Shown here one piece after another: positions 27,825-37,058 of a DNA stretch of 64,000 bases (within the stretch, counting starts at the first letter, position 1; every line of letters begins with the position of its first letter). Source of the stretch: Chlorobiota bacterium. Lineage in GTDB: Bacteria > Bacteroidota > Ignavibacteria > Kapaibacteriales > HRBIN21. Both the position numbers and the translations under genes were made by a program. The stretch is taken from assembly GCA_039630485.1 (NCBI GenBank), contig JBCNUX010000003.1, forward strand, positions 2,509 through 66,508, given 5' to 3'. The notes beneath the pieces were generated by a model that worked only from the letters and a program-made list of their open reading frames with translations, was not told where the DNA came from and made no database searches.

Positions 27825-28607
27825 CTACGGAAGGGTCGGTAGCACAAGCTCTTCGCCTTCGGTGCGGAGCCAGTCGTACCCGCGCTCTTCCAGCTCTAGT
27901 GCGAGCTCCTTGCCGCCGGAACGTATGATGCGCCCGTCGAAGAGTACGTGCACGATGTCGGGGACGATGTAGTTGAGGAGGCGCTGGTAGTGTGTGATGA
28001 CAACGAAGGCCCGCTCTGGAGAGCGCATCCGGTTGACTCCGGCGGCGACGATCTTCAAGGCGTCGATGTCTAGTCCAGAGTCAGTCTCGTCCAGAATTGC
28101 CAACCGGGGCTCCAAGAGCAGGAGTTGGAAGATCTCGTTCCGCTTCTTCTCGCCCCCAGAGAATCCCTCGTTGACGGCACGCTGCAGGAAGGCTGGATCA
28201 ATCCCGAGCCAGCTCATACGCTCGCGAGCAAGATTCAGGAACTGGATGGGGTCTAACGGCTCTTGCCCGCGTGCAGTTCGAATGGCATTGAGGGCGGTCC
28301 TCAGAAAAGTGGCCAGCGTGACGCCAGGAATCTCTACCGGATACTGGAAGGCCAAGAAGAGACCCAATCGGGCACGCTCTTCTGGCTCCATCTCCAGCAG
28401 GTTCTGGCTATCGAAGAGGACCTCGCCCTCCAAGACTTCGTAGCCCTCGCGGCCTGCAAGGACCGCTGCGAGGGTGCTCTTACCGGACCCATTGGGTCCC
28501 ATGATGGCATGGATCTCTCCGGGGCGAACCTCCAGGTCCACTCCCCGCAGAATCTCTTTCCCTTCGACGGCAACGCGGAGATTCCTTACGCTCAACAGTG
28601 GCTGCAT
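27825..28607 (-). CDS. sufC: Fe-S cluster assembly ATPase SufC
   Basis: Walker A GPNGSGKST, signature FSGGEKKR and Walker B LAILDETDSGLD. Confidence 0.95.
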   Translation of the reverse strand: MQPLLSVRNLRVAVEGKEILRGVDLEVRPGEIHAIMGPNGSGKSTLAAVLAGREGYEVLEGEVLFDSQNLLEMEPEERARLGLFLAFQYPVEIPGVTLATFLRTALNAIRTARGQEPLDPIQFLNLARERMSWLGIDPAFLQRAVNEGFSGGEKKRNEIFQLLLLEPRLAILDETDSGLDIDALKIVAAGVNRMRSPERAFVVITHYQRLLNYIVPDIVHVLFDGRIIRSGGKELALELEERGYDWLRTEGEELVLPTLP

Positions 28608-28625
28608 CCGTGAGCCACAGCTGTG

Positions 28626-30071
28626 TTACCCAACACTACCCTCTAGCGAGATCGCCAGCAGCTTCTGTGCTTCTACAGCGAATTCCATCGGCAGTTGGTT
28701 GAGGACTTCGCGGCAGTAACCGTTGACGATCAGGGCCACGGCATCCTCCTCCGAGATACCGCGCTGCTGGCAGTAGAAGAGCATGTCCTCACCAATCTTG
28801 GACGTCGTCGCTTCGTGTTCGGTCACCGCTGTTGGGTTGAGCACCTCGATGTAGGGGAAAGTATGGGCTCCACAGTTACTCCCGATGAGTAGGGAGTCGC
28901 ACTGGGTGTAGTTGCGGGCATAGTCAGCCCCGCGGAGGATGCGGACTAGCCCTCGGTACGTGTTGTTGCTCTGCCCAGCAGCGATGCCTTTGGAGACGAT
29001 GCGGCTTCGGGTATGCCGACCGATGTGGACCATCTTGGTGCCAGTATCTGCCTGCTGGAGGCCTTTGGTGACAGCAACTGAGTAGAACTCACCGACACTC
29101 CCCTCGCCCTTGAGGATAACGCTTGGATACTTCCACGTAATAGCGGCGCCTGTCTCTACCTGAGTCCACGAGATCTTGGACTCCTTGCCCAGGCAGATAC
29201 CGCGCTTGGTGACGAAGTTGTAGATGCCACCGCGCCCTTGAGCATCGCCTGGGTACCAGTTCTGGACGGTGGAGTACTTGATCTCTGCTCCGTCCAACGC
29301 GATCAGCTCCACGACGGCAGCGTGGAGCTGGTTTTCATCCCGCATTGGAGCGGTGCAGCCCTCTAAGTAGCTGACGTACGAGCCTTCATCGGCGATGATG
29401 AGGGTGCGCTCGAACTGTCCGGTCCGAGCAGCGTTGATGCGAAAGTATGTAGAAAGCTCAATCGGACAGCGCACTCCGGGCGGGACGTAGACGAAGGAAC
29501 CGTCGCTGAATACGGCGGAGTTGAGGGCTGCGAAGAAGTTGTCCGTATATGGCACCACGGAGCCGAGGTACCGCTGGACCAGGTCCGGGTACTTCTGGAT
29601 TGCCTCGCTCATGGAGCAGAAGATGATACCCAGCTCCGCCAGCTTTTCCTTGAAGGTTGTCGCAACGGAGGCGCTATCCAAAACAGCATCAACAGCAACC
29701 CCAGCCAGTAGCTTTTGCTCCTCCAGCGGGATGCCCAAACGTTCGAAGATGCGGCGAATCTCAGGGTCAACCTCGTCCAGGCTACTGACGTGCCGTTTCT
29801 TTGGTGCTGCGTAGTAGCTGATGGCCTGGTAGTCGATCGGCGGATAGGTAACCTTTGCCCACCGGGGCTCCTGCATCGTCTTCCAGTGGCGATAGGCCCG
29901 TAGGCGCCATTCGAGCATCCACTCTGGTTCGCCCTTTCGCTCCCAGATGTAGCGGATGATGTCTTCGTTCAGCCCTACTGGAGCAATCTCCTCCTCAATC
30001 TCGGCGACGAAGCCGTACTTGTATTCCGATTCCGTGACTTGCTGGAGAACGTCCTCGTGCTGCGCTGGCAT
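28626..30071 (-). CDS. sufB: Fe-S cluster assembly scaffold SufB
   Basis: 481 aa. …[19 protein letters not shown]…CDSLLIG…[21 protein letters not shown]… is the canonical SufB sequence. Confidence 0.95.
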   Translation of the reverse strand: MPAQHEDVLQQVTESEYKYGFVAEIEEEIAPVGLNEDIIRYIWERKGEPEWMLEWRLRAYRHWKTMQEPRWAKVTYPPIDYQAISYYAAPKKRHVSSLDEVDPEIRRIFERLGIPLEEQKLLAGVAVDAVLDSASVATTFKEKLAELGIIFCSMSEAIQKYPDLVQRYLGSVVPYTDNFFAALNSAVFSDGSFVYVPPGVRCPIELSTYFRINAARTGQFERTLIIADEGSYVSYLEGCTAPMRDENQLHAAVVELIALDGAEIKYSTVQNWYPGDAQGRGGIYNFVTKRGICLGKESKISWTQVETGAAITWKYPSVILKGEGSVGEFYSVAVTKGLQQADTGTKMVHIGRHTRSRIVSKGIAAGQSNNTYRGLVRILRGADYARNYTQCDSLLIGSNCGAHTFPYIEVLNPTAVTEHEATTSKIGEDMLFYCQQRGISEEDAVALIVNGYCREVLNQLPMEFAVEAQKLLAISLEGSVG

Positions 30072-30107
30072 GGAAACTGTCTTAACGGTGGCACGTTTCG
30101 CAGGGGC

Positions 30108-30163
30108 GGAGACGAAGGGAAAAGGGGACTATTTTGGTCTCCTTTCCCGAGACCGATGGTCTC
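30108..30163 (-). promoter_or_regulatory. cluster of mutually complementary hexamers (GGAGAC / GGTCTCC / GAGACC / GGTCTC): candidate attenuator or operator upstream of sufB
   Basis: Read directly. The minus-strand RNA is GAGACC-AUC-GGUCUC-GGGAAAG-GAGACC-AAAAUA-GUCCCCUUUUCCCUUC-GUCUCC. The alternative 6-bp helices are mutually exclusive, and one (GGAGAC/GUCCCC + U-run) is terminator-like. Confidence 0.3.
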
Positions 30164-30196
30164 ACGTCCGTGTTTAGTGATGCCGGGGACCGAGGG

Positions 30197-31378
30197 TTAC
30201 TGAAGGTTTTCAACGATTAGCGCGCTGGCCTCTCCACCGCCAATGCAGATAGCCGCCATACCGTAGCGCTTGCCGTATCGCCGAAGGGCGTGGATGAGGG
30301 TAACCAAGATGCGAGTACCCGAAGCACCAATCGGGTGTCCAAGCGCAACGGCTCCACCGTGGACGTTAAGCCTCTCCAGGGGTATTCCCAGTTGCTTCTG
30401 GGCTACGAGCGTAACAACAGCGAAGGCTTCGTTGATCTCAAACAGGTCAATGTCCTCCAACTGCATGCCAGCTTTGCGTAGGACATGCCGGATTCCCTCG
30501 ATGGGGGCGGTTGTGAACCATTCGGGTTTCTGGGCAACCGAGCCGTGGGCGACGATGCGAGCCAATGGCTTGATCCCCAGAGCTGCTGCACGCTCTTCTG
30601 ACATCACGACCACAGCAGCAGCGCCATCGTCAATAGAGCTAGCGTTTGCAGCCGTTACTGTTCCGTCGGAGCGGAAGACAGGCTTGAGGTGGGGAATCTT
30701 TTCGAAGCGCACCTTTGCAGGCTCCTCATCGGTGTCGACGGTAACCGTCTGTCCGTTCGGGCGTTCGTAGGTAACGGGGACAATCTCGTCGGCAAAGTAC
30801 CCCTTCGCTTGGGCTTCCAAAGCCCGGCGGTAGCTCAGGATAGCGTATTCGTCCTGTTCGTCCCGTCCAATCGAGCACGTCTTGGCGCAGAGTTCAGCAG
30901 CATCGCCCATGTGGAACTGGTTGTAGACATCCCAGAGCCCATCGTGGATCATGGAGTCAACGAGCTGGGCGTGTCCCATGCGCAACCCTGTGCGGACTCT
31001 AGGGAGGAGGTAAGGAGCATTCGACATTGACTCTTGGCCACCGGCAACAATGATCTCAGCATCACCGCATCGGATAGCCTGTTCAGCGAGCATAACTGCC
31101 TTCAACCCACTACCGCAGACTTTGTTGATGGTCATGCAGGGAACGTGTTCCGGAAGTCCAGCGAAGATGGCGGCTTGACGGGCTGGGGCTTGCCCAACAC
31201 CAGCCGTGAGGACGTTGCCCATGATGACTTCGTCAACCATCGCTGGCTCAATCCCAGCGCGGCGAAGCGATTCCGCGATGACGTGCGCTCCCAAGCGTGG
31301 AGCAGGAAGCTCAGATAGCGAGCCTAAGAAGGCACCGATCGGGGTACGGACAGCGGAGACGATGACGGCTGCAGGCAT
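30197..31378 (-). CDS. acetyl-CoA C-acetyltransferase (thiolase II)
   Basis: …INKVCGSGLKAV…NEAFA…GGAVALGHPIGASG…CIGGGEA are the thiolase active-site motifs. The ATG at 31378 (MPAAVIVSAVRTPIG) is preferred to the TTG at 31402. Confidence 0.92.
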   Translation of the reverse strand: MPAAVIVSAVRTPIGAFLGSLSELPAPRLGAHVIAESLRRAGIEPAMVDEVIMGNVLTAGVGQAPARQAAIFAGLPEHVPCMTINKVCGSGLKAVMLAEQAIRCGDAEIIVAGGQESMSNAPYLLPRVRTGLRMGHAQLVDSMIHDGLWDVYNQFHMGDAAELCAKTCSIGRDEQDEYAILSYRRALEAQAKGYFADEIVPVTYERPNGQTVTVDTDEEPAKVRFEKIPHLKPVFRSDGTVTAANASSIDDGAAAVVVMSEERAAALGIKPLARIVAHGSVAQKPEWFTTAPIEGIRHVLRKAGMQLEDIDLFEINEAFAVVTLVAQKQLGIPLERLNVHGGAVALGHPIGASGTRILVTLIHALRRYGKRYGMAAICIGGGEASALIVENLQ

Positions 31379-31407
31379 GGCAGAAGCGCGAGTGTTCAAC
31401 ACGGCTG

Positions 31408-31415
31408 CAAAATTA
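31408..31415 (-). promoter_or_regulatory. -7 promoter box TAATTTTG upstream of thiolase
   Basis: Exact TAnnTTTG match 30 nt upstream of the ATG at 31378. Confidence 0.4.
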
Positions 31416-31493
31416 CCCCCTCTCCGGCCTCTGGGCAGGCGATAGCGGCTGCAGGGAAATTTCTAATTTGCTGCGAGCAAGCCGCGTGGACTC

Positions 31494-33044
31494 ATGGAGC
31501 CGGCACAGCGCTCGGTTGACGAGGTTGGGCTGTTCCTGCTGGCGATGCAGGAATTCGGGCTCTTTGAGGCGGTGGAGCGCCACCTACCGAAGGAGTTTGC
31601 TGCTGTCTACGAGATCGCCCGTGTCCTCCTCCGTCCGGATCATCCCCTGACGCAGCGTCTGGCGCCGCTCTTCGGACTCTTGGCACCACACGCTACCTTG
31701 CAGCGTGAGTCGGTATCGAAGCCTCCACTACCCCACCAGTTCGTGGCAGAGGAGTACGAGGCCGAACTCATCCGACACTACCGTGACGTGGCCAGAATCT
31801 ACCCGCACCAGTTCCTACTGCCAGACGAGGTCTTCTACCATCGCTTGGCTGAACGGTCTCTGTGGATGCCGGTTGCCCGTCCTCCGCAGGTCTACGGCTA
31901 CCAGACTCAGGCTGACGTCTACGCTCCGGATATCCGCAAGCAGAAGGTGTACGTGCTGCTCGACACTTCTGCCTCTATGCAGATGCACCACCGCATCCAG
32001 TTGGCAAAGGCAATTACGTACATCTTCCTCCGCCGAAACCAGGCGGAGCTTGGTGAAGTCTTCTTCCGCACTTTCGATTTGCAGTTGGGCGAGCTCCTCC
32101 ATGCTAGCGATCGGGCCTCGTTTGAGAAGCTGCTGCAGACCGTACTTCGCCTCCAGGCTGTGGGCCAGGGGACGGCCTTGGAACAGGCAATCGTGACGGC
32201 AGTCAATGATATCCGCCGGCGCCCTTCGTTAGCGCAGAGTGAGATTTTGGTCATCACCGACGGGATCGCATACTTGCACGTCCAACAGCTTCGAGAGTTA
32301 CTGGGCACGGACATCCGCTTGCATGCTGTCCGGCTGGGGGCAGGCCAGCTTCAGCTAAAGGCGAAAGCGGTGGAGGATTTTGCTTACCGGGATGACAGTG
32401 AGCCGAGCCGGCTTCTACGGAAGCTCTCCGACGAGAAGCGCCATATAGAACGGCTCCTAGCTAATGCCTCCGGGGAACAGCAACGGCGGTCGCTCGCCAA
32501 CCAGCTGCGAGCACTGGAGCAGCAGTATGCGGCACTCTTTGCGCAAGTGGAGCAGCAGGCGCATAAGCACTACAGTACGGCGCTCCAGCAGCTCTGCACA
32601 GTGTTTGTGGCCGTGGAAGATATGGAGCTGGCATCCCTCGTTGAGCTGTCGGCAGGGCGTCGGGCACTGCTGGAGAGGGCAGTACGGCAGTTCCTGGAGC
32701 GTCTTCGAGATTCGCCGACGGTACAGGACTACCGCGATGCGGCCGTCCTTGCCGAGTACCTGAGCTTCTTGGCAGAGTGCTGTCCCGAGGCAAGTTCTCT
32801 ACGGGCTTTAGAACAGCAACTGCGAACTCATGTGGCACGTGTCATCCGCCAGGGGGAGTACGTGAGCGCACACCAGCGTGTGTCGCTCAACCGTATGGAG
32901 CGTCGGTCTCTGATGGTTCTGGCGGCGGCTTCTGGGAGTTCGTTGGAGTGGCTCCTGCGGTTGCTGTCTCCGCTGTACTGGTTCCGGCGCCTACGGCTGT
33001 GGCTACGGCGACGGCTTCTGCGCTTGCGGTGGCGCTTCCGGTGA
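31494..33044 (+). CDS. von Willebrand factor A (VWA) domain protein with long helical C-terminal region and Arg-rich tail
   Basis: MIDAS-type VYVLLDTSASM…GQGTALEQA…ILVITDGIA. The C-terminal ~220 aa are Q/L/E/R-rich helical. It ends LYWFRRLRLWLRRRLLRLRWRFR. Confidence 0.7.
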   Translation: MEPAQRSVDEVGLFLLAMQEFGLFEAVERHLPKEFAAVYEIARVLLRPDHPLTQRLAPLFGLLAPHATLQRESVSKPPLPHQFVAEEYEAELIRHYRDVARIYPHQFLLPDEVFYHRLAERSLWMPVARPPQVYGYQTQADVYAPDIRKQKVYVLLDTSASMQMHHRIQLAKAITYIFLRRNQAELGEVFFRTFDLQLGELLHASDRASFEKLLQTVLRLQAVGQGTALEQAIVTAVNDIRRRPSLAQSEILVITDGIAYLHVQQLRELLGTDIRLHAVRLGAGQLQLKAKAVEDFAYRDDSEPSRLLRKLSDEKRHIERLLANASGEQQRRSLANQLRALEQQYAALFAQVEQQAHKHYSTALQQLCTVFVAVEDMELASLVELSAGRRALLERAVRQFLERLRDSPTVQDYRDAAVLAEYLSFLAECCPEASSLRALEQQLRTHVARVIRQGEYVSAHQRVSLNRMERRSLMVLAAASGSSLEWLLRLLSPLYWFRRLRLWLRRRLLRLRWRFR

Positions 33045-33072
33045 AGATAGACCTGCAAGATGGTGAGGCGAG

Positions 33073-33609
33073 ATGAACCAGTGGCGACTCTTCGGTGCAC
33101 TGCTAGCGTTTTACGCGGGGATCACGCTGTGGATAGGGAGCTTAGTAGTATTCGGGGCTGCAGTAGCGGGGGTTCCCTTTGAGGTCCTCTCGCGCGATAC
33201 GGCTGGGGTAGTGAATCGGCTCATCTTGGCACGCCTACATATACTGGAAATTGCGGGAATCCTGCTCATCGGAACAGGCCTTTGGCTCCTCAATCTACGG
33301 CTCCGTGGGTGGCAATGGCGGTTAGGGTTGGTGGCCTTCGTGGTGATGGTTACGCTCTTCGGCATCTACGCTGGCCTACTGGAGCCAATGATGAACAGCA
33401 TCGCACGCGCCGTCAGCTTTGACAATCCGACGCCAGAGACGCTGGCTGCGATTGCTCGGTTTGAGGGATACCACCGCCTCTACTCTCTCCTGGTGGGATT
33501 GACGGTGATCTGCGGTGTTGCGCTCTTTGGGTGGCAGACCTGGTTGGTGGTGCGTCTGTTGATGCCCTCTAGGGACGCCGCTGCCGGGGATGGGGCTCAG
33601 CGCTCTTGA
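33073..33609 (+). CDS. small 4-TM membrane protein (DUF4149/TMEM205-like)
   Basis: Four hydrophobic segments. The first-helix pattern …[12 protein letters not shown]…F resembles DUF4149. The family call is from memory only. Confidence 0.55.
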   Translation: MNQWRLFGALLAFYAGITLWIGSLVVFGAAVAGVPFEVLSRDTAGVVNRLILARLHILEIAGILLIGTGLWLLNLRLRGWQWRLGLVAFVVMVTLFGIYAGLLEPMMNSIARAVSFDNPTPETLAAIARFEGYHRLYSLLVGLTVICGVALFGWQTWLVVRLLMPSRDAAAGDGAQRS

Positions 33610-34661
33610 GGTGCTAAGGGCTTTCGAGAGGCATTGCGGGTGGCTTCTCCGTCACCACGTTGTGGTAGCTTGAGAGCAGCTCGGACAGCCTCCTCGAGGC
33701 GGGCGTAAAGGGCTGGGTCTTCTTGGAGGAGCTTCCGCAAGCCTTCGCGTCCCTGGACGCGCTCCTCGCCGAAGGAGAACCACGAGCCGCTACGAACAAC
33801 GATGCCGTGCTCTACAGCAAGGTCTATCAGCTCGTTGAGCCGAGAGATGCCTTCGGTGTAGAGGATGTCGAACTCGCCTTCCTTGAAGGGGGGTGCCACC
33901 TTGTTCTTGACCACCTTGAAGCGGATGCGGCTGCCAACGATTTCCGTGCCCTCCTTGATGACGTCTTTGCGGCGTAGCTCGATGCGGACCGAGGCGTAGT
34001 ACTTGAGAGCGTTCCCACCGGTGGTCGTCTCTGGATTCCCGTAGAGCACACCGATCTTGCTGCGGAGCTGGTTTGTGAAGATCACGACGGCATTCGAGCG
34101 GCCGATGGCGGCGCTGAGCTTCCGCATCGCCTGTGACATCAAGCGTGCCTGCAGCCCAACCTGGGCATCCCCCATCTCCCCTTCAATCTCAACCCGTGGC
34201 GTGAGGGCTGCAACAGAGTCAACTACGACGACGTCCACGGCGCCACTCCGCACAAGTGTCTCCACGATCTCCAGCGCTTGCTCTCCGAACTCTGGCTGGG
34301 AGAGCAGTAGGTTGTTGAGGTCCACTCCTAAGCGCTGAGCATATTGGACGTCCAGCGCATGCTCGGCATCCACAAAGGCAGCGATGCCGCCCTGCCGTTG
34401 GGCTTCCGCGATGATGTGGAGGCATACGGTCGTCTTGCCCGAGGATTCAGGGCCGAAGATTTCCACGATGCGCCCGCGGGGGACACCACCAACTCCAATT
34501 GCGGCGTCCAAAGTCAGGCTGCCCGTAGAGATGGCTTCCACGGGAACGACCTGAGAGTCGCTTAGGCGCATGATGGCCCCCTTACCGAATTGCTTCTCGA
34601 TTTGGTCGATCGCTAACTGCAGGGCCTTCTGCTTCGCTTCCGTCGGTCGGGCCTCAGGCAT
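33597..34661 (-). CDS. recA: recombinase RecA
   Basis: [24 protein letters not shown]…GPESSGKTT…; the start is set at [10 protein letters not shown] (34661). The 122-codon upstream extension has no RecA similarity. Confidence 0.95.
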   Translation of the reverse strand: MPEARPTEAKQKALQLAIDQIEKQFGKGAIMRLSDSQVVPVEAISTGSLTLDAAIGVGGVPRGRIVEIFGPESSGKTTVCLHIIAEAQRQGGIAAFVDAEHALDVQYAQRLGVDLNNLLLSQPEFGEQALEIVETLVRSGAVDVVVVDSVAALTPRVEIEGEMGDAQVGLQARLMSQAMRKLSAAIGRSNAVVIFTNQLRSKIGVLYGNPETTTGGNALKYYASVRIELRRKDVIKEGTEIVGSRIRFKVVKNKVAPPFKEGEFDILYTEGISRLNELIDLAVEHGIVVRSGSWFSFGEERVQGREGLRKLLQEDPALYARLEEAVRAALKLPQRGDGEATRNASRKPLAPQER

Positions 34662-34816
34662 TAGGGGTCCGTTCTGCTGTTCGACAGCTGTCTTCTCGCA
34701 CCTCGAGGCGTGGGAGGAAGACTCCGTACTACGGCCGAGGGGTACGCATGCACAGAAGACGTTCGCAGAAGGGGTTTCATGCATAGTAGCGGCTGTTCCC
34801 GACGGGACCTTTTGTC

Positions 34817-34824
34817 TAAGTTTG
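34817..34824 (+). promoter_or_regulatory. -7 promoter box TAAGTTTG upstream of methyltransferase-OsmC-MbfA operon
   Basis: Exact TAnnTTTG match only 9 nt before the ATG at 34833. The mRNA would be nearly leaderless unless the ATG at 34845 is used. Confidence 0.35.
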
Positions 34825-34832
34825 CAGAGCAA

Positions 34833-35492
34833 ATGGCGGCCGTTGACATGGACGTCAACGCTGCAAGCTACTGGTCCGAGCGATACCGTCGGGGGGAGAC
34901 GGGGTGGGACTTGGGTGGAGAGACACCGGTACTCCGAGAGCTCCTTCGGCAGCAATCCTTCCCCCTCCCGCCGCGGGTGAACGGAGAGCAGACTCGTGTC
35001 GTCGTCCCGGGATGCGGTTTCGGGCACGACGTCATCTTGCTGGCACGTGAGGGGTACGACGTAGTCGGAGTAGACTTTGCGCCCGAACCGCTACGGTGGC
35101 TAGCTGATCAACTCCAGCGGCAGGGACTGCAAGCGGAGCTCATCTGTGAGGACCTCTTCCGGCTCCCTGCGGTATGGGCTAGGCCTGCCGACGCAGTGTG
35201 GGAGTATACGTGCTACTGTGCAATTGACCCTCGGCGGCGTGGGGAGTACTTTGCCACCATGGCCGGCTTGCTGCGTCCTGGGGGGTGGTTGGTGGGACTC
35301 TTCTTCCCGCTGGACTCCATGGTGGGCGGGGATGGGCCACCCTTCGTTGTGGATACAACAGAAGCAGTGGAGTTGGCGCAGCAGCAGGGCTTCCGCCTTG
35401 TGGAGGTGGTATATCCCAAGGCTTCGCATCCAGCAAGGGCTGGTAGGGAAGTGTTGCTCATGTTCCAAAGGGTTACAAGGAGCATGCGATGA
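34833..35492 (+). CDS. SAM-dependent methyltransferase, thiopurine S-methyltransferase (TPMT)-like
   Basis: [16 protein letters not shown]… followed by the SAM motif [13 protein letters not shown]. The start is uncertain (34833 or 34845). Confidence 0.7.
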   Translation: MAAVDMDVNAASYWSERYRRGETGWDLGGETPVLRELLRQQSFPLPPRVNGEQTRVVVPGCGFGHDVILLAREGYDVVGVDFAPEPLRWLADQLQRQGLQAELICEDLFRLPAVWARPADAVWEYTCYCAIDPRRRGEYFATMAGLLRPGGWLVGLFFPLDSMVGGDGPPFVVDTTEAVELAQQQGFRLVEVVYPKASHPARAGREVLLMFQRVTRSMR

Positions 35493-35944
35493 AGGCAGTT
35501 TTGGAACTCGTCGATACTGGTATGCGCTTGGAGGGACGCAACGAGCGTGGACAGCACACGTACTTTGACGCTGACCCCAGCGTTGGGGGGAACGACACGG
35601 CGCCGCGCCCAATGGAGGTCTTCCTCCAAGCGATGATGGCCTGTACAGCCATGGATGTGCTCAGTATCATCCGGAAGAAGCGGCGGACAGTGACGGCCTT
35701 CCGACTCAGTGCGGAGGCAGAGCGAGCATCGGAACATCCCAAAGTCTTTCGGCGCATTCATCTCCGTTACGAGCTCGTCAGCCCCGATGCAACGGAGCAA
35801 GACCTGCAGCGAGCCGTGGAGCTGTCGCAGAGTACCTACTGTAGTGCCTCTATCATGGTGCGCCGTTCAGGGTGCGAGATAACGTGGGAGGTTCTCCTGC
35901 GTCGCCCAGAGGAAGTAGAGGTGATGCCACAGTCAGCAGAGTAG
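35489..35944 (+). CDS. OsmC-family peroxiredoxin-like protein
   Basis: …PRPMEVFLQAMMACTAMDV… and …STYCSAS… are the two conserved OsmC cysteines. The ATG overlaps the upstream stop (ATGA). Confidence 0.85.
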   Translation: MKAVLELVDTGMRLEGRNERGQHTYFDADPSVGGNDTAPRPMEVFLQAMMACTAMDVLSIIRKKRRTVTAFRLSAEAERASEHPKVFRRIHLRYELVSPDATEQDLQRAVELSQSTYCSASIMVRRSGCEITWEVLLRRPEEVEVMPQSAE

Positions 35945-35949
35945 CCCAC

Positions 35950-37044
35950 ATGGAGACCCGTCAGCTCCTGGAACACTGGCACGATGAGCGGGAGTCCGCT
36001 CTCGTCTACGACGCGTTAGCTGAGGCGGAGTCCGACACCGAACGACAGGCGCTTTATCGAGAGCTAGCTGAGGTAGAGCGTCGGCATCAGGTATGGTTTG
36101 AGGAGCTCCTTCGGAGCCAAGGCGTGAGTCCAAAGCCGCGCCCGCTCAGCTTGCGGACACGCTTCCTCCTGTGGATGATTCGCCGAGGGAATGCCCGGTT
36201 TGTGGTGCACGCGCGTATCAACGAAGAGGCACGCGAGGTGCGGCAGTATCTCCGCGAGCAGCCCCGCCTCTCAGGACGGCTTCGAGAGGTGACCTCCCGG
36301 GTAGCTCGGGACGAGTCAGAGCACATTGCCGAATTGAACCGACTGCTGGGGAACGGAAGCGAACCTTGGCATCGAACGGAGTCGGGGGGCTTCTTACGCA
36401 ACGTCGTCTACGGCTTCAACGATGGCCTTACGGCGAACTTCGGGCTCGTCATGGGTGTCATCGGAGCTGAGGTTGCTCCTCACATTGTGCTCTTATCGGG
36501 CGTTGCTGGTTTGGTGGCCGACGCACTCTCTATGGGTGCCAGTGGTTACCTGGCGGCGAAGAGTGAGCGGGAGGTCTACGAGCACGAAATCCAAACAGAG
36601 CGAGAAGAACTGCAGTTGATGCCGGAGCTGGAGCGAGAGGAGCTAGTGCTGCTCTACCGCGCAAAGGGGATGCCGCTGGAGCAGGCCCAGCAGGCTGCAG
36701 AGCAGGTCATGGCCGATCCGGAGCTTGCTCTCCGCGAAAAGGTGCGGGAGGAGCTTGGGATTGGTGAGTTCCGAAGCTCACCGCTGCGTGAAGGGGTCAC
36801 CACCGGGGTAGCGACAGCTTTGGGAGCGCTCGTGCCCGTTGTCCCGTTCCTGTTCGGGCACAGCGCGTTGATCGTTTGGATCTCCTTCGCTGTGAGTATG
36901 CTCATGCACTTCGTCGTTGGGGCAGCTCGGAGCATCTTCACGGGCCGTGGGGTGTTCAGGAGTGGGCTGGATATGTTCCTTGTTGGGCTTGGAGTTGCGG
37001 TCGTCGGTTACGTCGTTGGTGACCTCCTCATGCGCCTGTTCTAG
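35950..37044 (+). CDS. mbfA: erythrin (ferritin-like) :: VIT1/CCC1 iron-transporter fusion (MbfA-like)
   Basis: The N-terminal four-helix region has two ExxH motifs (ERRH, ESEH). The C-terminal VIT1 signature is GFNDGLTANFGLVMGV plus TM helices. Confidence 0.75.
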   Translation: METRQLLEHWHDERESALVYDALAEAESDTERQALYRELAEVERRHQVWFEELLRSQGVSPKPRPLSLRTRFLLWMIRRGNARFVVHARINEEAREVRQYLREQPRLSGRLREVTSRVARDESEHIAELNRLLGNGSEPWHRTESGGFLRNVVYGFNDGLTANFGLVMGVIGAEVAPHIVLLSGVAGLVADALSMGASGYLAAKSEREVYEHEIQTEREELQLMPELEREELVLLYRAKGMPLEQAQQAAEQVMADPELALREKVREELGIGEFRSSPLREGVTTGVATALGALVPVVPFLFGHSALIVWISFAVSMLMHFVVGAARSIFTGRGVFRSGLDMFLVGLGVAVVGYVVGDLLMRLF

Positions 37045-37058
37045 GTCGGTGCTGGTGG

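Noticed and set aside
34662-35027. A 122-codon N-terminal extension of the recA ORF (the 476-aa ORF in the track).
   Set aside because: RecA homology starts at [14 protein letters not shown] (34661). The extension overlaps the divergent methyltransferase gene and its promoter box, and its composition does not look coding.
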